Assembly (NCBI GenBank): GCA_045604045.1
Contig: JAZUNI010000057.1
Location: 1,277-65,276, forward strand
Source of the DNA: Elusimicrobiaceae bacterium
Lineage (GTDB): Bacteria > Elusimicrobiota > Elusimicrobia > Elusimicrobiales > Elusimicrobiaceae
DNA length: 64,000 nucleotides
Direction: 5' to 3'
Below are positions 35,897-45,409 of this stretch, in pieces. Position 1 is the first letter of the stretch; each line of letters starts with the position of its first letter. Both the position numbers and the translations under genes were made by a program. The notes under the pieces are model-generated. The model saw only the letters and a program-made list of their open reading frames with translations. It was not told the DNA's origin and did no database searches.

Positions 35897-37132
35897 ATGA
35901 ACGAGCTACAACAAAAAATTTATAAACGCTTGGCCCGCTATGTGGCAGTGGATACTACCAGCAATCCGGAAAGCACAGTAGTTCCCTCCACAGATGCGCA
36001 GATTTCATTTGCACATCAAATGGCCGCTGAAATGAAAAAAATTGGCTTAATGGATGTGGAAGTAGATGAATACGGGTTTGTGACGGGACTCATTGCGGCT
36101 ACGACTGATAAACAAGCCCCCACGATTGGATTTTTTGCCCACATGGATACCGTAAGCGACTATAACGGACACAACGTACGCGCAGTATTACACGAAAATT
36201 ACCAAGGCGGGCCCATTACTATTAACGCCGAAAAGAACATGGTGCTCAATGAACAAACTGCACCCAACCTAGCTAAATGTGTGGGGGATAACCTTGTCAC
36301 GTCTGACGGAAATACCCTATTGGGAGCCGATGATAAATTGGGCATTGCCACCATTATGACGTTAGCTGAGTATTTAATTGCGCATCCGGAAATTGAACAT
36401 GGACCTTTAAAAATAGCCTTCACTATTGACGAAGAAACCGGCACCGGTATTGGCTATTTTGATGTGAAGAAATTTGCCGCTGATTTTGCCTACACCGTGG
36501 ATGGTGCTAACCTGGGCAATATTGACTGTGGCAACTTTAACGCAGACAGTTTTATTATCCGTGTAATGGGGAAGGCCTGCCACCCAGGGTCAGCCAAAGG
36601 GTTTATGGCAAACCCTGTGCGTATTACAGCTGACATTATTTCTTCATGGCCGGAAACAAAGCTTCCCGAAACGACTGAGGGAGAAGAAGGGTTTATCCTC
36701 TTTAAAGACATTACCGGTGGTTTAGAAAAAGCAGAAGTGCAAGGAATTGTACGAGAGCATGACTTAACTAAATTTGCCCAGTTTAAACGGCAACTCTTGG
36801 ACTTGATTGACCGAAAACGAGCCAAATATCCAGCCGCTAAAATTGAAGTGGAATTTAAGGAACAGTACCGCAATATGCGCGATATTTTAAATGCACGCCC
36901 ACAGGCTATGGAACTCTTGGAACAAGCCCTTAAAGACAACAAGGTGCCCTACCGTTTAACCCAAGCACGCGGTGGTACCGACGGAGCACAAATGACGTTT
37001 AAAGGACTACCTACCCCCAACATTTTTGCCGGGTACGAAAATCCACATGGCCCCTACGAATGGTGTAGCCTCAACTGGGCGGAGAAAGTATTTCACATTT
37101 TAAAAAGTATCGCCCAAGATGCAGTGAAATAA
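35897..37132 (+). CDS. pepT: peptidase T (tripeptide aminopeptidase, M20B)
   Basis: 411 aa, with YVAVDTTS, FFAHMDTV, GADDKLGIA and IDEETG. Confidence 0.9.
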   Translation: MNELQQKIYKRLARYVAVDTTSNPESTVVPSTDAQISFAHQMAAEMKKIGLMDVEVDEYGFVTGLIAATTDKQAPTIGFFAHMDTVSDYNGHNVRAVLHENYQGGPITINAEKNMVLNEQTAPNLAKCVGDNLVTSDGNTLLGADDKLGIATIMTLAEYLIAHPEIEHGPLKIAFTIDEETGTGIGYFDVKKFAADFAYTVDGANLGNIDCGNFNADSFIIRVMGKACHPGSAKGFMANPVRITADIISSWPETKLPETTEGEEGFILFKDITGGLEKAEVQGIVREHDLTKFAQFKRQLLDLIDRKRAKYPAAKIEVEFKEQYRNMRDILNARPQAMELLEQALKDNKVPYRLTQARGGTDGAQMTFKGLPTPNIFAGYENPHGPYEWCSLNWAEKVFHILKSIAQDAVK

Positions 37133-37144
37133 AAAGCACATATG

Positions 37145-37176
37145 AAAAACCCCGAATCTGAAAATTCGGGGTTTTT
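37145..37176. terminator. bidirectional terminator
   Basis: AAAAACCCCGAAT-ctgaaa-ATTCGGGGTTTTT, between convergent genes. Confidence 0.8.
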
Positions 37177-37199
37177 ATATAACACACATTCAACAAACA

Positions 37200-39143
37200 T
37201 TACATCAGTAGTGTTCTTAAAATAAGGGCGGTAAGGATAGAAAACGCCAGCGTGAGTAAAACTACACGTAGGGTATCTTTCCAGCCCGTTTCGCGCAGCA
37301 TTACAAAAAACGTGGCAATACACGGCATATACATACTCATAAATACACACGCCACTACCAGTGCTTGCGGGGCTAAATGATACGGCTCCAATAAAGCTAT
37401 AGACACGTCTTTGCGTAAAAATCCTAGAAGCAGGAGGGGGGTGGCATCCGCAGGCAACCCAAGTGTCCATTCCACAGGCTGACGCAAAATTTTTGTAAAC
37501 CACGCCGTTACGCCGGCTAGCTGCATGAGATCAACAAATAAAATCCCAACAAGAATCAGGGGTAGCGCGTCACCTAAATATTCTTTCATACGAATCCAAA
37601 TCTTACGTCCCAGAGGCCGCCATTGGGGCACTTGCCAAGAGGGGATTTCCATAAAGAGTTCCGGTGTTTCACCTTTCATCAAACGGTTTAACAACGTGCC
37701 AATCACAATGCCGTTAATTACTAATGCCCCAAATACCATCAGCATATATTGGAGGCCATAGGGAGATAAAATGGAAATAATCATGGCTGTTTGCGAAATA
37801 CACGGGGCTAGTACCAAAATAAGCGCTAGCGCAATCACACGTTCGCGCCGCGTTTCCAGCACACGGATACCCATCACTGCCGGCACTTTGCAGCCAAAAC
37901 CCAGCATAATCGGCAGCGAACCATACCCGTGTAGCCCAATTTTATGCAAAATGCGGTCTAGCAGCACAGCTAAACGCGGCAAATAACCCAGTTCACCTAG
38001 AAAACCTATCAACGTATAGAACGCCAACACATAGGGCATTACGTCTACTAGGGCAATGTGCAGGCCGTCGGTAAGCACACCAAAATAATTCTCGCCCCCG
38101 TCGCCTAATAACAACATGCCTAGCACGTTATCTTTTAGGCCACCAAACAGTTTGTCCAAGAGTGGCACATAATAAGCCTCGTAAAGCGGGTCTAATAAGT
38201 CAATTAAATTTTCTCCCACAAAACGCACCAATATGAAAGATACCACCAATACTATCAACGCTAAGGGCAAACCGGTTGCCGGAGCCGTAGCTAACCCCTG
38301 CAAATGTTCCCAAAAAGAAGGATGTTTATGTTTTACTTGTTGCACATCCTGAATAATGCGTCCAATTACTTGCCATTTTTCTTCAGCAGAGGGGGGAATT
38401 TGTAGGACTAGTTTTTGGGTGGGATGATCCACCAATTTAATAGCTTCGTGCTCCAGCTCTTTTAGGCCTTCGCCCGTGGTAGCTACCGTGGCAATCACCG
38501 GGATACCTAAGAGTTTGGAAAGTTTTTTGGTATCAATTGTAATTCCTTTACGCTGGGCCTCATCAAACTTATTTAACATTAAGACAAGCGGCCGACCTAG
38601 CTGCAAAATTTCCAACACAAAAAATAAGTTTCGCTCTAGGTGCGATGCATCCGCCACACAGACGATAAAATCGTATTCCAGCTCTTTAAATAAATTGCAT
38701 TTTTTTCCCTCAATCAGCCATTCTTCCTCCAAGCGATAGAGACCGGGAATATCTATAATGTCGTACGCTTCCCCTTTAAACTGTGTTTGACCATAATTGA
38801 GGCCGACCGTTGTGCCGGGAAAATTGGAAGAAATAATTCCAATCCCCGTAAGACGCGAGAAAATTAAACTCTTCCCGACATTGGGATTACCCGCTAATAA
38901 AAATGTATTTTTCTTAGCATTGACTAAAATTTTTTTTGCTGTTTCTCTCCCGATAGCAACTTCTGTACCCGATACACTTACCACCACGGGGGAAGAACCT
39001 TTTTTACGCGTAATAAATTGCCCGCGCGCAATACCCATGGCCGCTAATTTTTGAGTCATTTTAGCATCGGTTTGAATCACTGTAATTTGGGCCGTACGGC
39101 CAGGTTTTAACTGATATAATGAACGAGAAAATTGTGTTTCCAT
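37200..39143 (-). CDS. feoB: ferrous iron transporter, FeoA-FeoB fusion
   Basis: The N-terminal ~75 aa is an FeoA-like SH3 domain (LKPGRTAQITVI...). It is followed by the G-domain GNPNVGKS, DIPG and NKFD, then a polytopic permease. Confidence 0.85.
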   Translation of the reverse strand: METQFSRSLYQLKPGRTAQITVIQTDAKMTQKLAAMGIARGQFITRKKGSSPVVVSVSGTEVAIGRETAKKILVNAKKNTFLLAGNPNVGKSLIFSRLTGIGIISSNFPGTTVGLNYGQTQFKGEAYDIIDIPGLYRLEEEWLIEGKKCNLFKELEYDFIVCVADASHLERNLFFVLEILQLGRPLVLMLNKFDEAQRKGITIDTKKLSKLLGIPVIATVATTGEGLKELEHEAIKLVDHPTQKLVLQIPPSAEEKWQVIGRIIQDVQQVKHKHPSFWEHLQGLATAPATGLPLALIVLVVSFILVRFVGENLIDLLDPLYEAYYVPLLDKLFGGLKDNVLGMLLLGDGGENYFGVLTDGLHIALVDVMPYVLAFYTLIGFLGELGYLPRLAVLLDRILHKIGLHGYGSLPIMLGFGCKVPAVMGIRVLETRRERVIALALILVLAPCISQTAMIISILSPYGLQYMLMVFGALVINGIVIGTLLNRLMKGETPELFMEIPSWQVPQWRPLGRKIWIRMKEYLGDALPLILVGILFVDLMQLAGVTAWFTKILRQPVEWTLGLPADATPLLLLGFLRKDVSIALLEPYHLAPQALVVACVFMSMYMPCIATFFVMLRETGWKDTLRVVLLTLAFSILTALILRTLLM

Positions 39144-39169
39144 AAAAGTTAGTCTTTCCTTACTTTAAT

Positions 39170-39199
39170 ATTGTATCAAAATCTTGTTTAAGTGAGCAA
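39170..39199 (-). promoter_or_regulatory. candidate promoter of feoAB
   Basis: The minus strand reads TTGCTC (39199-39194), an 18-nt spacer, then TACAAT (39175-39170). The GGGGGATTCCCCC palindrome (39200-39212) lies just upstream. Confidence 0.4.
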
Positions 39200-39231
39200 G
39201 GGGGATTCCCCCGACGGAAAAACGCGTAAGG

Positions 39232-39248
39232 TTTTTTTTTAGTATAAT
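39232..39248 (+). promoter_or_regulatory. T9 tract plus TATAAT, candidate ferredoxin promoter
   Basis: T9 (39232-39240), AG, TATAAT (39243-39248). There is no -35-like hexamer. Confidence 0.45.
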
Positions 39249-39285
39249 ATGAGTATAAAACTTTGGAAATAATAGGAGATAAATT

Positions 39286-39456
39286 ATGGCTTATAAAGTA
39301 AACCCTGACGTGTGCATCAACTGTGGTGCCTGTGAATCTTCCTGCCCGGTAGGTGCAATTAGCGAAGTAGACGGCAAAAGACACATTGATGAAACTAAAT
39401 GCATTGAGTGTGGCTCTTGCGCTGGAACCTGCCCAGTAAGCGCTATTGCGTTATAA
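39286..39456 (+). CDS. 2x[4Fe-4S] ferredoxin (56 aa)
   Basis: Not in the supplied ORF track because it is under 60 aa. The sequence is MAYKVNPDVCINCGACESSCPVGAISEVDGKRHIDETKCIECGSCAGTCPVSAIAL. The SD GGAG lies 8 nt upstream. Confidence 0.85.
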   Translation: MAYKVNPDVCINCGACESSCPVGAISEVDGKRHIDETKCIECGSCAGTCPVSAIAL

Positions 39457-39486
39457 CCTGCGCTACTAGCAGTTTTCAATATAAGT

Positions 39487-39518
39487 TCCCAGTGTTTACT
39501 AATCACTGGGATTTTTTT
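39487..39518 (+). terminator. rho-independent terminator
   Basis: TCCCAGTG-N9-CACTGGGA followed by T7. Confidence 0.8.
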
Positions 39519-39646
39519 AAGTAAATAGGACGGAGTTAAAACTCCGCTCCGGTACCAAAACGTGTGGAGAGGTAAAAGAATTATTTTACATCGTATAAAG
39601 CAATTGCTACCAATTCAAGTTTTTGCTACACAAACAGCCTGTTTAT

Positions 39647-39655
39647 TGTTATAAT
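39647..39655 (+). promoter_or_regulatory. extended -10 promoter (TGtTATAAT)
   Basis: TG at 39647-39648 and TATAAT at 39650-39655, upstream of the SD GGTGGAGG and ATG 39673. Confidence 0.45.
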
Positions 39656-39672
39656 GTAAGGTGGAGGATATT

Positions 39673-41466
39673 ATGAAAAAAATTGGTTTTATCGCAGCTT
39701 TGACAGCCACTGCTTTGCCGCTAGTGGCCCAAAATAGTATGTACCATGAAGAACTCGCCGAGCGTAACGCACGCGCGGCGCGCTTAGCCGCACAGGCCGC
39801 TGAACAACAAGCAGCCCAAGAAGATGGCGTTTACCGCGGCACTATTTTTGGGGCTCAACAACAAACCTATACGGGAAACATTTTAGGTGCTACCAACCCC
39901 AATACGGCTAAAACGAAGTATGTGTATGATACTTCGCTCATCCGGGCTATTAAATTAAACGATGATGACCGAGTACGCACACTCATCTACGCAAATGTAG
40001 ATGTGAATGAACGCAACTATGCAAATATTACACCCCTTACTTTGGCTGCTGAAAAAGGGAATTTAACCATTGTAAAAGATTTGGTAATGGCCGGAGCGGA
40101 CGTAAATGCCGCCTCTCCGTATGGAGTTACCCCTCTAGTGGCTGCTTCCGCAGCTGGTAATAGTGACGTAGTAAACTATTTACTTTCAAAGGGAGCTAAT
40201 GCCGCCGTAAAGGATGAAACTGGAAAAACACCCTTAGCCTATGCAGCCCATTTTGATGATACAAATATGATTGCTGCCCTGGCAAAAGCTACCCCGGCTG
40301 CAGTCAACTATCCTGATGCCGCGGGCAACACCCCACTTATTTATGCCGCGCAAAAAGGAGCTGAAAATACCGTAAAAGTACTGCTTAAAAATGGGGCAGA
40401 TGTCAATTATCGTAACGCAAATACCGGTATTTCCGCATTAGCAGCTGCTGCGGCGGAAGGGAAAGATAGTATCATCACCACGTTAGCCAAAAATAAGGCT
40501 AATTTAGATGTTACGGATTTAAGCAATCGTACCGCTTTAGCTTACGCGGCTGAAAAGGGAAAGGCTTCCGCCGCGCGCACGCTTGTATTACAAGGTGCTA
40601 ACCCCAATTTAGCTGACGTCAATGGAGTAACCCCTCTCATGCGTGCAGCCGCTAAAGGAAATGATGAAACCCTCGCGGCGCTACTGCGTAGCCCAGAGAT
40701 TAATTTGGAAGCCAAAGATGTTCAAGGAAAAACGGCCTTACTTTACAGCACCTATGCACCCACTGCCCAATCAGCCACTTATCTGATCCGTAAAGGAGCT
40801 AACCTGGAAGCTACGGATGCAGCTGGTAACACACCCTTGCTTTCTGCCTTGTCCGCAGGCAATGAGGCTGTAGCAGCTTATTTAGTAGACCAAGGAGCGA
40901 ATACTACACACACTAACGCAGCCGGATTAAACGCCTTAGAAGTTGTCCGGGAAAAGTTACCAAATTCTTCCATACAGCAACGTCTGGAAAACCAAACCAA
41001 TCAAGCCTACGAGCATGCGTTACAAGCAGAAGCAGCTTCTTTAGCACAAGTACGCCAACTGCAAACACAACTGGCTCAAGAGGAAGCGCGCGTGCAGGAA
41101 TTACGCAACACCCAAACCCAACAAATCAGCGAACAAATGAGTCAAGCCGCTGCGCAAGCGCAGGCTCAATATAATCAAGCGATCGTTCAAGCTGAGAAAG
41201 AATATAAGCAAGCCGTACAAAATGCGGCGGCCCGATATAATCAGGAAAAAGATGCGGTCACTAACACTCAACAACAAGCTGCTGCCAATGCCCAAGCTGT
41301 ACGTAACCAGGTAGCAGCCTCCCGCGAGGCCGTTAAAAAGGAAGGTGCCGCCGTGAAAGCGGAAGCGAAAAGTATGAATAGAACAGCTAAACAAACAGTC
41401 AAATCAACCATTCAAGATATGCAAACGCTTCAACCGCGCTTACGCTCTATGGCTGTTGAACAATAA
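39673..41466 (+). CDS. secreted ankyrin-repeat protein with a Gln/Ala-rich coiled-coil tail
   Basis: Signal peptide MKKIGFIAALTATALPLVAQ. About 10 ANK repeats (TPLxxAAxxGNxxxVxxLLxxGA) precede a ~150-aa Q/A-rich C-terminus. Confidence 0.8.
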   Translation: MKKIGFIAALTATALPLVAQNSMYHEELAERNARAARLAAQAAEQQAAQEDGVYRGTIFGAQQQTYTGNILGATNPNTAKTKYVYDTSLIRAIKLNDDDRVRTLIYANVDVNERNYANITPLTLAAEKGNLTIVKDLVMAGADVNAASPYGVTPLVAASAAGNSDVVNYLLSKGANAAVKDETGKTPLAYAAHFDDTNMIAALAKATPAAVNYPDAAGNTPLIYAAQKGAENTVKVLLKNGADVNYRNANTGISALAAAAAEGKDSIITTLAKNKANLDVTDLSNRTALAYAAEKGKASAARTLVLQGANPNLADVNGVTPLMRAAAKGNDETLAALLRSPEINLEAKDVQGKTALLYSTYAPTAQSATYLIRKGANLEATDAAGNTPLLSALSAGNEAVAAYLVDQGANTTHTNAAGLNALEVVREKLPNSSIQQRLENQTNQAYEHALQAEAASLAQVRQLQTQLAQEEARVQELRNTQTQQISEQMSQAAAQAQAQYNQAIVQAEKEYKQAVQNAAARYNQEKDAVTNTQQQAAANAQAVRNQVAASREAVKKEGAAVKAEAKSMNRTAKQTVKSTIQDMQTLQPRLRSMAVEQ

Positions 41467-41495
41467 AAGAGTTATTACATTTATAATATCCCCCT

Positions 41496-41524
41496 AGCCC
41501 CTAACCGATTGTTAGGGGCTTTTT
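41496..41524 (+). terminator. rho-independent terminator
   Basis: AGCCCCTAA-ccgattg-TTAGGGGCT followed by TTTT. Confidence 0.75.
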
Positions 41525-41551
41525 AAACCCCAATTTTACGCCTATAAAAGT

Positions 41552-41557
41552 TATAAT
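41552..41557 (+). promoter_or_regulatory. -10 hexamer TATAAT, ending 6 nt before ATG 41564 (leaderless candidate)
   Basis: TATAAT-ataact-ATG with no SD. Confidence 0.45.
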
Positions 41558-41563
41558 ATAACT

Positions 41564-43354
41564 ATGAATTTAAAACAACTGTTTTCATTTTGCGTATTAA
41601 ATGGACTAGCGTGGTGTGTGCTGTGCCTGGGTTTTTTCCACATCAACGGCTTTGTAACGGATCCGTTGGGGCTGTGTTTCACTGTTTTCTTTATTTTAGG
41701 CCACATCTTTTTGTTTGCCTGGACAATGGGTATATTAGCGGCTCTAGCAACCTTCGTTGGACCACGCACTTTACGTTGGGCAACCACCGCGTGGGGAGGG
41801 CTTTTTGCACTGTTTTTTACGCTGGATTTACTAGTTTATTCACAATACCGTTTTCATATTAGCCCGGCCATGCTACAGCTATTTTTTGGTCCGGCAGGAA
41901 GAGAAATTTTTGCTTTTTCTACCGGTATGTGGATACTTACTTTTGCTGCAGTAGCCATTCTATTTGCACTAGAATTTGCCCTCACACTGCTAGCCAAACG
42001 ATGGCAGCCGCGTGGCAAAACGATAGGACTCATCTTAACGGGATGGGGACTTATTTTTTTAACATATAATGGGATTTATGCATGGGGAAAATTTAATATT
42101 GTTTCTTCCGTAATATCTCAACGCACGGTACTTCCGTTTGCCAGTCCTTTTTCGGCCAATCGGCGGTTACGAAAATTGGGGTTTGAACCCAAAAAGGACC
42201 TTTACGCTACCCCAGCAGCCGGTACTCTTAATTACCCGCTGGCTCCACTTACATGTAACACGCCAAAAAAACCTCAAAATGTACTTATTTTGTTGGTAGA
42301 ATCGTGGCGGAGCGACAGTTTCAATCCAGAGGTTATGCCCCACCTTACACGCCTTGCCAAAGCACCACAAATGACATATTTCAGGAACCATCTCTCCGGT
42401 GGAAATGCCACGGAAGCGGGGGTATTTTCGCTCTTTTATTCCATGCCTTATGCGTATTGGAACGACTTTACCGGCCGGCAGCTGCCCCCTGTGCTGGTAA
42501 CGCGTGCGTTGGAAACCGGCTACACACCGGCCATTTACGCAAGCGGCAAACTAAACAGCCCCACTTTTCACCAAAACATTTTTGCCACCGTCCCCAACTT
42601 ACGCCTGGACTCTAAAGGCAACACCAAATGGCAGAGAGACGAAGATTCTATCCAGGATTTTGAGAAATTTTTGGCAGCACATGATCCCAAACAACCGTTC
42701 TTTGGGTTTCTATTTTTAGACGCTACCCACGGCAGCAGCTACCCGGCACAGGACACAATTTTTACGCCTGCCCAAGAAATTAATTACTTGTTAGTGAACA
42801 AAAATACAGATCCAACGCCCTACACCAATGCCTATAAAAATGCGGCGCATTTTGTAGACCGGATGATTGGACGTGTGTTTGAAGACCTGCATGAGCGCGG
42901 TCTTCTGGAAAATACATTTATCATCATTACTGGCGACCATGGGCAAGAAATTAACGATACCCACCACAACTTTTGGGGACATAATAGTAATTTTGCTAAC
43001 TATCAAACCCATGTACCGCTACTGGTATGGGATCCATCAAACACTCGCGCACAAATGCGGGATTACCGCACCAATCATTATGATATTGCCCCCACAGTGT
43101 TAGAGCGCGTATACGGTTGCACCAACCCGGCACAGGACTATTCTATTGGGCGAAACCTGTGGGACGAAACCCCACGGCCGTTTTCATTAATTTCCAGTTA
43201 TACCAAGAAAGCTATTCGCACCGAGGATGAGTTGACTGTATTAGACGCCTACGGGGGGGTGGAAATGTATAATGCAGACTTTGTACCCTCTACGGGTGCA
43301 AACCCGACGGCTGTGAAAGAGGCGCTAAAAACCTTTGCCCAGTTTTATAAATAA
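41564..43354 (+). CDS. YejM/PbgA-like inner-membrane protein (DUF3413 plus sulfatase-like domain)
   Basis: 596 aa with about 5 N-terminal TM helices followed by an alkaline-phosphatase-superfamily domain (LVESWRSD, ITGDHG). Confidence 0.6.
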   Translation: MNLKQLFSFCVLNGLAWCVLCLGFFHINGFVTDPLGLCFTVFFILGHIFLFAWTMGILAALATFVGPRTLRWATTAWGGLFALFFTLDLLVYSQYRFHISPAMLQLFFGPAGREIFAFSTGMWILTFAAVAILFALEFALTLLAKRWQPRGKTIGLILTGWGLIFLTYNGIYAWGKFNIVSSVISQRTVLPFASPFSANRRLRKLGFEPKKDLYATPAAGTLNYPLAPLTCNTPKKPQNVLILLVESWRSDSFNPEVMPHLTRLAKAPQMTYFRNHLSGGNATEAGVFSLFYSMPYAYWNDFTGRQLPPVLVTRALETGYTPAIYASGKLNSPTFHQNIFATVPNLRLDSKGNTKWQRDEDSIQDFEKFLAAHDPKQPFFGFLFLDATHGSSYPAQDTIFTPAQEINYLLVNKNTDPTPYTNAYKNAAHFVDRMIGRVFEDLHERGLLENTFIIITGDHGQEINDTHHNFWGHNSNFANYQTHVPLLVWDPSNTRAQMRDYRTNHYDIAPTVLERVYGCTNPAQDYSIGRNLWDETPRPFSLISSYTKKAIRTEDELTVLDAYGGVEMYNADFVPSTGANPTAVKEALKTFAQFYK

Positions 43355-43433
43355 TAGCCACTAATTTTCTCTTGCCAAGCCCGCTATTTTATTGTATCCT
43401 AAGGGTGTAGTTTATCTTATGTTAGGAGGTTGT

Positions 43434-43751
43434 ATGTTTAATTTTTGGGATGTAATCAAAAATCACTATGTTGATTTTGCTGGCAAAGCCACCCGCAAAC
43501 AATTCTGGTTGTATGTGTTGTGGTATATTATAGTGTCATTTGGGCTTGGGTTGGTATTTAGCTTTTTTGGTAGTATGCGCTTGACGTTGTGTTACCTGTT
43601 TGTGCTTGCCATATTGCTACCCTCCCTTGCAATTACCGCACGCCGTTTACGTGATGCCTCATTTTCTCCGTGGTGGTTATTGCTTTTATTACTTCCTTAC
43701 TTAGGGATTTTAAGCGTACTAATACTCTGTTTGATGCCTAGCAAAAAATAA
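43434..43751 (+). CDS. DUF805 family membrane protein
   Basis: Start at ATG 43434 after TAGGAGG. Contains GKATRKQFWLY...TARRLRD. Confidence 0.65.
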   Translation: MFNFWDVIKNHYVDFAGKATRKQFWLYVLWYIIVSFGLGLVFSFFGSMRLTLCYLFVLAILLPSLAITARRLRDASFSPWWLLLLLLPYLGILSVLILCLMPSKK

Positions 43752-43760
43752 CTTGTTTTA

Positions 43761-43792
43761 AAACCGCCTCTCTAACCGGGGGGCGGTTTTTT
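43761..43792 (+). terminator. rho-independent terminator
   Basis: AAACCGCC...GGCGGTTT followed by T-run. It overlaps the TTG ORF start at 43791, which favours ATG 43800 for the next gene. Confidence 0.7.
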
Positions 43793-43799
43793 GTTGTTC

Positions 43800-44597
43800 A
43801 TGCGCACCTATAAATTATTACTTTCACTTGGAACCTTGACCGTTGCTTTGGCAGGAGCATATGTATCGTTTATATACTTATATACCGACCATATGTTTAC
43901 TCCTATTTCTTTCTTAGTCGCTCCTAACCCGGCAGCTCCGCAGCAGGAGTGGACGGCCCCACATGTTGCATTTATTCACAAAGTAAATACACCCGCCCGT
44001 GCCCGAAAAAAAGACGCCAAATTTGGCGGGTTTGAAGTAGATGTTCTTTCTTACCAGGGAAACCTGTTGGCCGCGCATGACCCACGGGAAGCCCAGCGAA
44101 ATATCCTGTTAGAAGACATTTTTAAAGCTGTTAAAAAGCCCGCACAAAAAGTGTGGTGGCTGGACGTAAAAGGAGAGCTTACAGATACGGAAATTGACGA
44201 AATTGTTTCGCTCGCTTCGCGGCACAATATTTCACATGAGCACCTACTTTTTGAAGCTTCGGCCGGACCAACCGCCAAGCGTATTAAACAAAAAAAACTT
44301 GCCTTATTACTCCCTTTGCCGGACGGATTTGATCAAGATCATAATGACCCGGAAGTACGTGCTAAATTAAATGCAGATGTGCTTGTGTTATGGGAAGAAT
44401 ATCAGCCCCTAGCGGTATCGGCTAGTTTTGGCAAATATGCGTATTTGCAAGCTTATTTCCCCAATATGGCTAAAGCCATTTACTACTCGGCCACACAGCG
44501 CCCCAGCCTCAAAAAATATCTTATGAGAAGACATTTACGACGAGATCCGTCTGTGCGTATTTTTATGACAGATGAGTATGATTGGGTTAATTTATAA
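43800..44597 (+). CDS. membrane-anchored hypothetical protein (weak GDPD/PI-PLC-like features)
   Basis: N-terminal TM helix. HKVNT...GFEVDV...AAHD resembles the GDPD-like catalytic start only weakly. Confidence 0.5.
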   Translation: MRTYKLLLSLGTLTVALAGAYVSFIYLYTDHMFTPISFLVAPNPAAPQQEWTAPHVAFIHKVNTPARARKKDAKFGGFEVDVLSYQGNLLAAHDPREAQRNILLEDIFKAVKKPAQKVWWLDVKGELTDTEIDEIVSLASRHNISHEHLLFEASAGPTAKRIKQKKLALLLPLPDGFDQDHNDPEVRAKLNADVLVLWEEYQPLAVSASFGKYAYLQAYFPNMAKAIYYSATQRPSLKKYLMRRHLRRDPSVRIFMTDEYDWVNL

Positions 44598-45326
44598 ACC
44601 CAGCTCATTGGCTAGTTCCGTAAAAAATTGTGTCGCCGGTTGCGCAAAGTATAAGTCGGTCAACTGGTCTGTATAGGTAGACTTTTGCGGATTTACTTCT
44701 ATAATTTTGCACCCGTGTTCTTTGGTTGTGTAAGGCAAACTGCACGCCGGCATTACTTGCCCAGCCGTGCCCACTATAAGCATTACATCGGCTTCTTGCG
44801 CCATGACAAGCGAACGCTCATACACAAGAGACGAAATACCTTCCCCATAAAATACGAAATTCGGCTTTAATACACCCCCGCAAAAACAAGTGGGGGGAAC
44901 AGTATCTAAATTGACATCTTCCAACTGATATTTTCGCCCACAATGCAAACATGAAAGCGTATGAATTGTGCCATGAAATTCCTGCACGTTTTTACTACCA
45001 CCCCGTTGGTGTAAACCGTCAATATTTTGTGTAATTACACCTGTAAGTAGACCGCACTGCTCTAGGGTACCTAACACAGTGTGAGCAGCGTTAGGCTGAG
45101 CAGCATCCATATCGGTAAAAAAGATTTTCTTCATTTCTTCCCAACTGCGGGCGGGGTTTGACAAGAAAAAATTAATTTCAATAAAGTGTGGGTCATATTG
45201 ATTCCACAGTCCACCCTCACCCGTAAAAGGGGCAATTCCACTCTCTACGCTAATACCCGCACCGGTAAAAGCAACCGCTTGACGGGCGTTTTTAATCCAT
45301 TGGCTGGCTTTTTGTAAATGAGTCAT
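44592..45326 (-). CDS. cobB: NAD-dependent protein deacylase (Sir2/CobB family)
   Basis: Contains GAGISVESGI, QNIDGLH and the Zn ribbon CLHCG...CFCGG. Confidence 0.85.
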   Translation of the reverse strand: MTHLQKASQWIKNARQAVAFTGAGISVESGIAPFTGEGGLWNQYDPHFIEINFFLSNPARSWEEMKKIFFTDMDAAQPNAAHTVLGTLEQCGLLTGVITQNIDGLHQRGGSKNVQEFHGTIHTLSCLHCGRKYQLEDVNLDTVPPTCFCGGVLKPNFVFYGEGISSLVYERSLVMAQEADVMLIVGTAGQVMPACSLPYTTKEHGCKIIEVNPQKSTYTDQLTDLYFAQPATQFFTELANELGL

Positions 45327-45332
45327 AATTGT

Positions 45333-45338
45333 ATTGTA
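45333..45338 (-). promoter_or_regulatory. -10 hexamer TACAAT, ending 6 nt before ATG 45326 (leaderless candidate)
   Basis: The minus strand reads TACAAT-acaatt-ATG with no SD. Confidence 0.45.
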
Positions 45339-45409
45339 GCAAAAGAGACTTACTTGCGCAGGCTATAAATTGCTACAATATGAATATAATTTTAACAAAG
45401 GAGAAACTC

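Noticed and set aside
39165-39190. A Fur box in the feoAB promoter (GATTTTGATACAATATTAA).
   Set aside because: It matches only about 10 of 19 positions of GATAATGATAATCATTATC. This is not distinguishable from AT-rich promoter sequence by eye.
44592-45326. The Sir2-family gene as a defence (Thoeris/DSR-like) component.
   Set aside because: It has the canonical CobB-type catalytic core and Zn ribbon, a standard length of 244 aa and no partner sensor or effector genes. I interpret it as a housekeeping deacylase.
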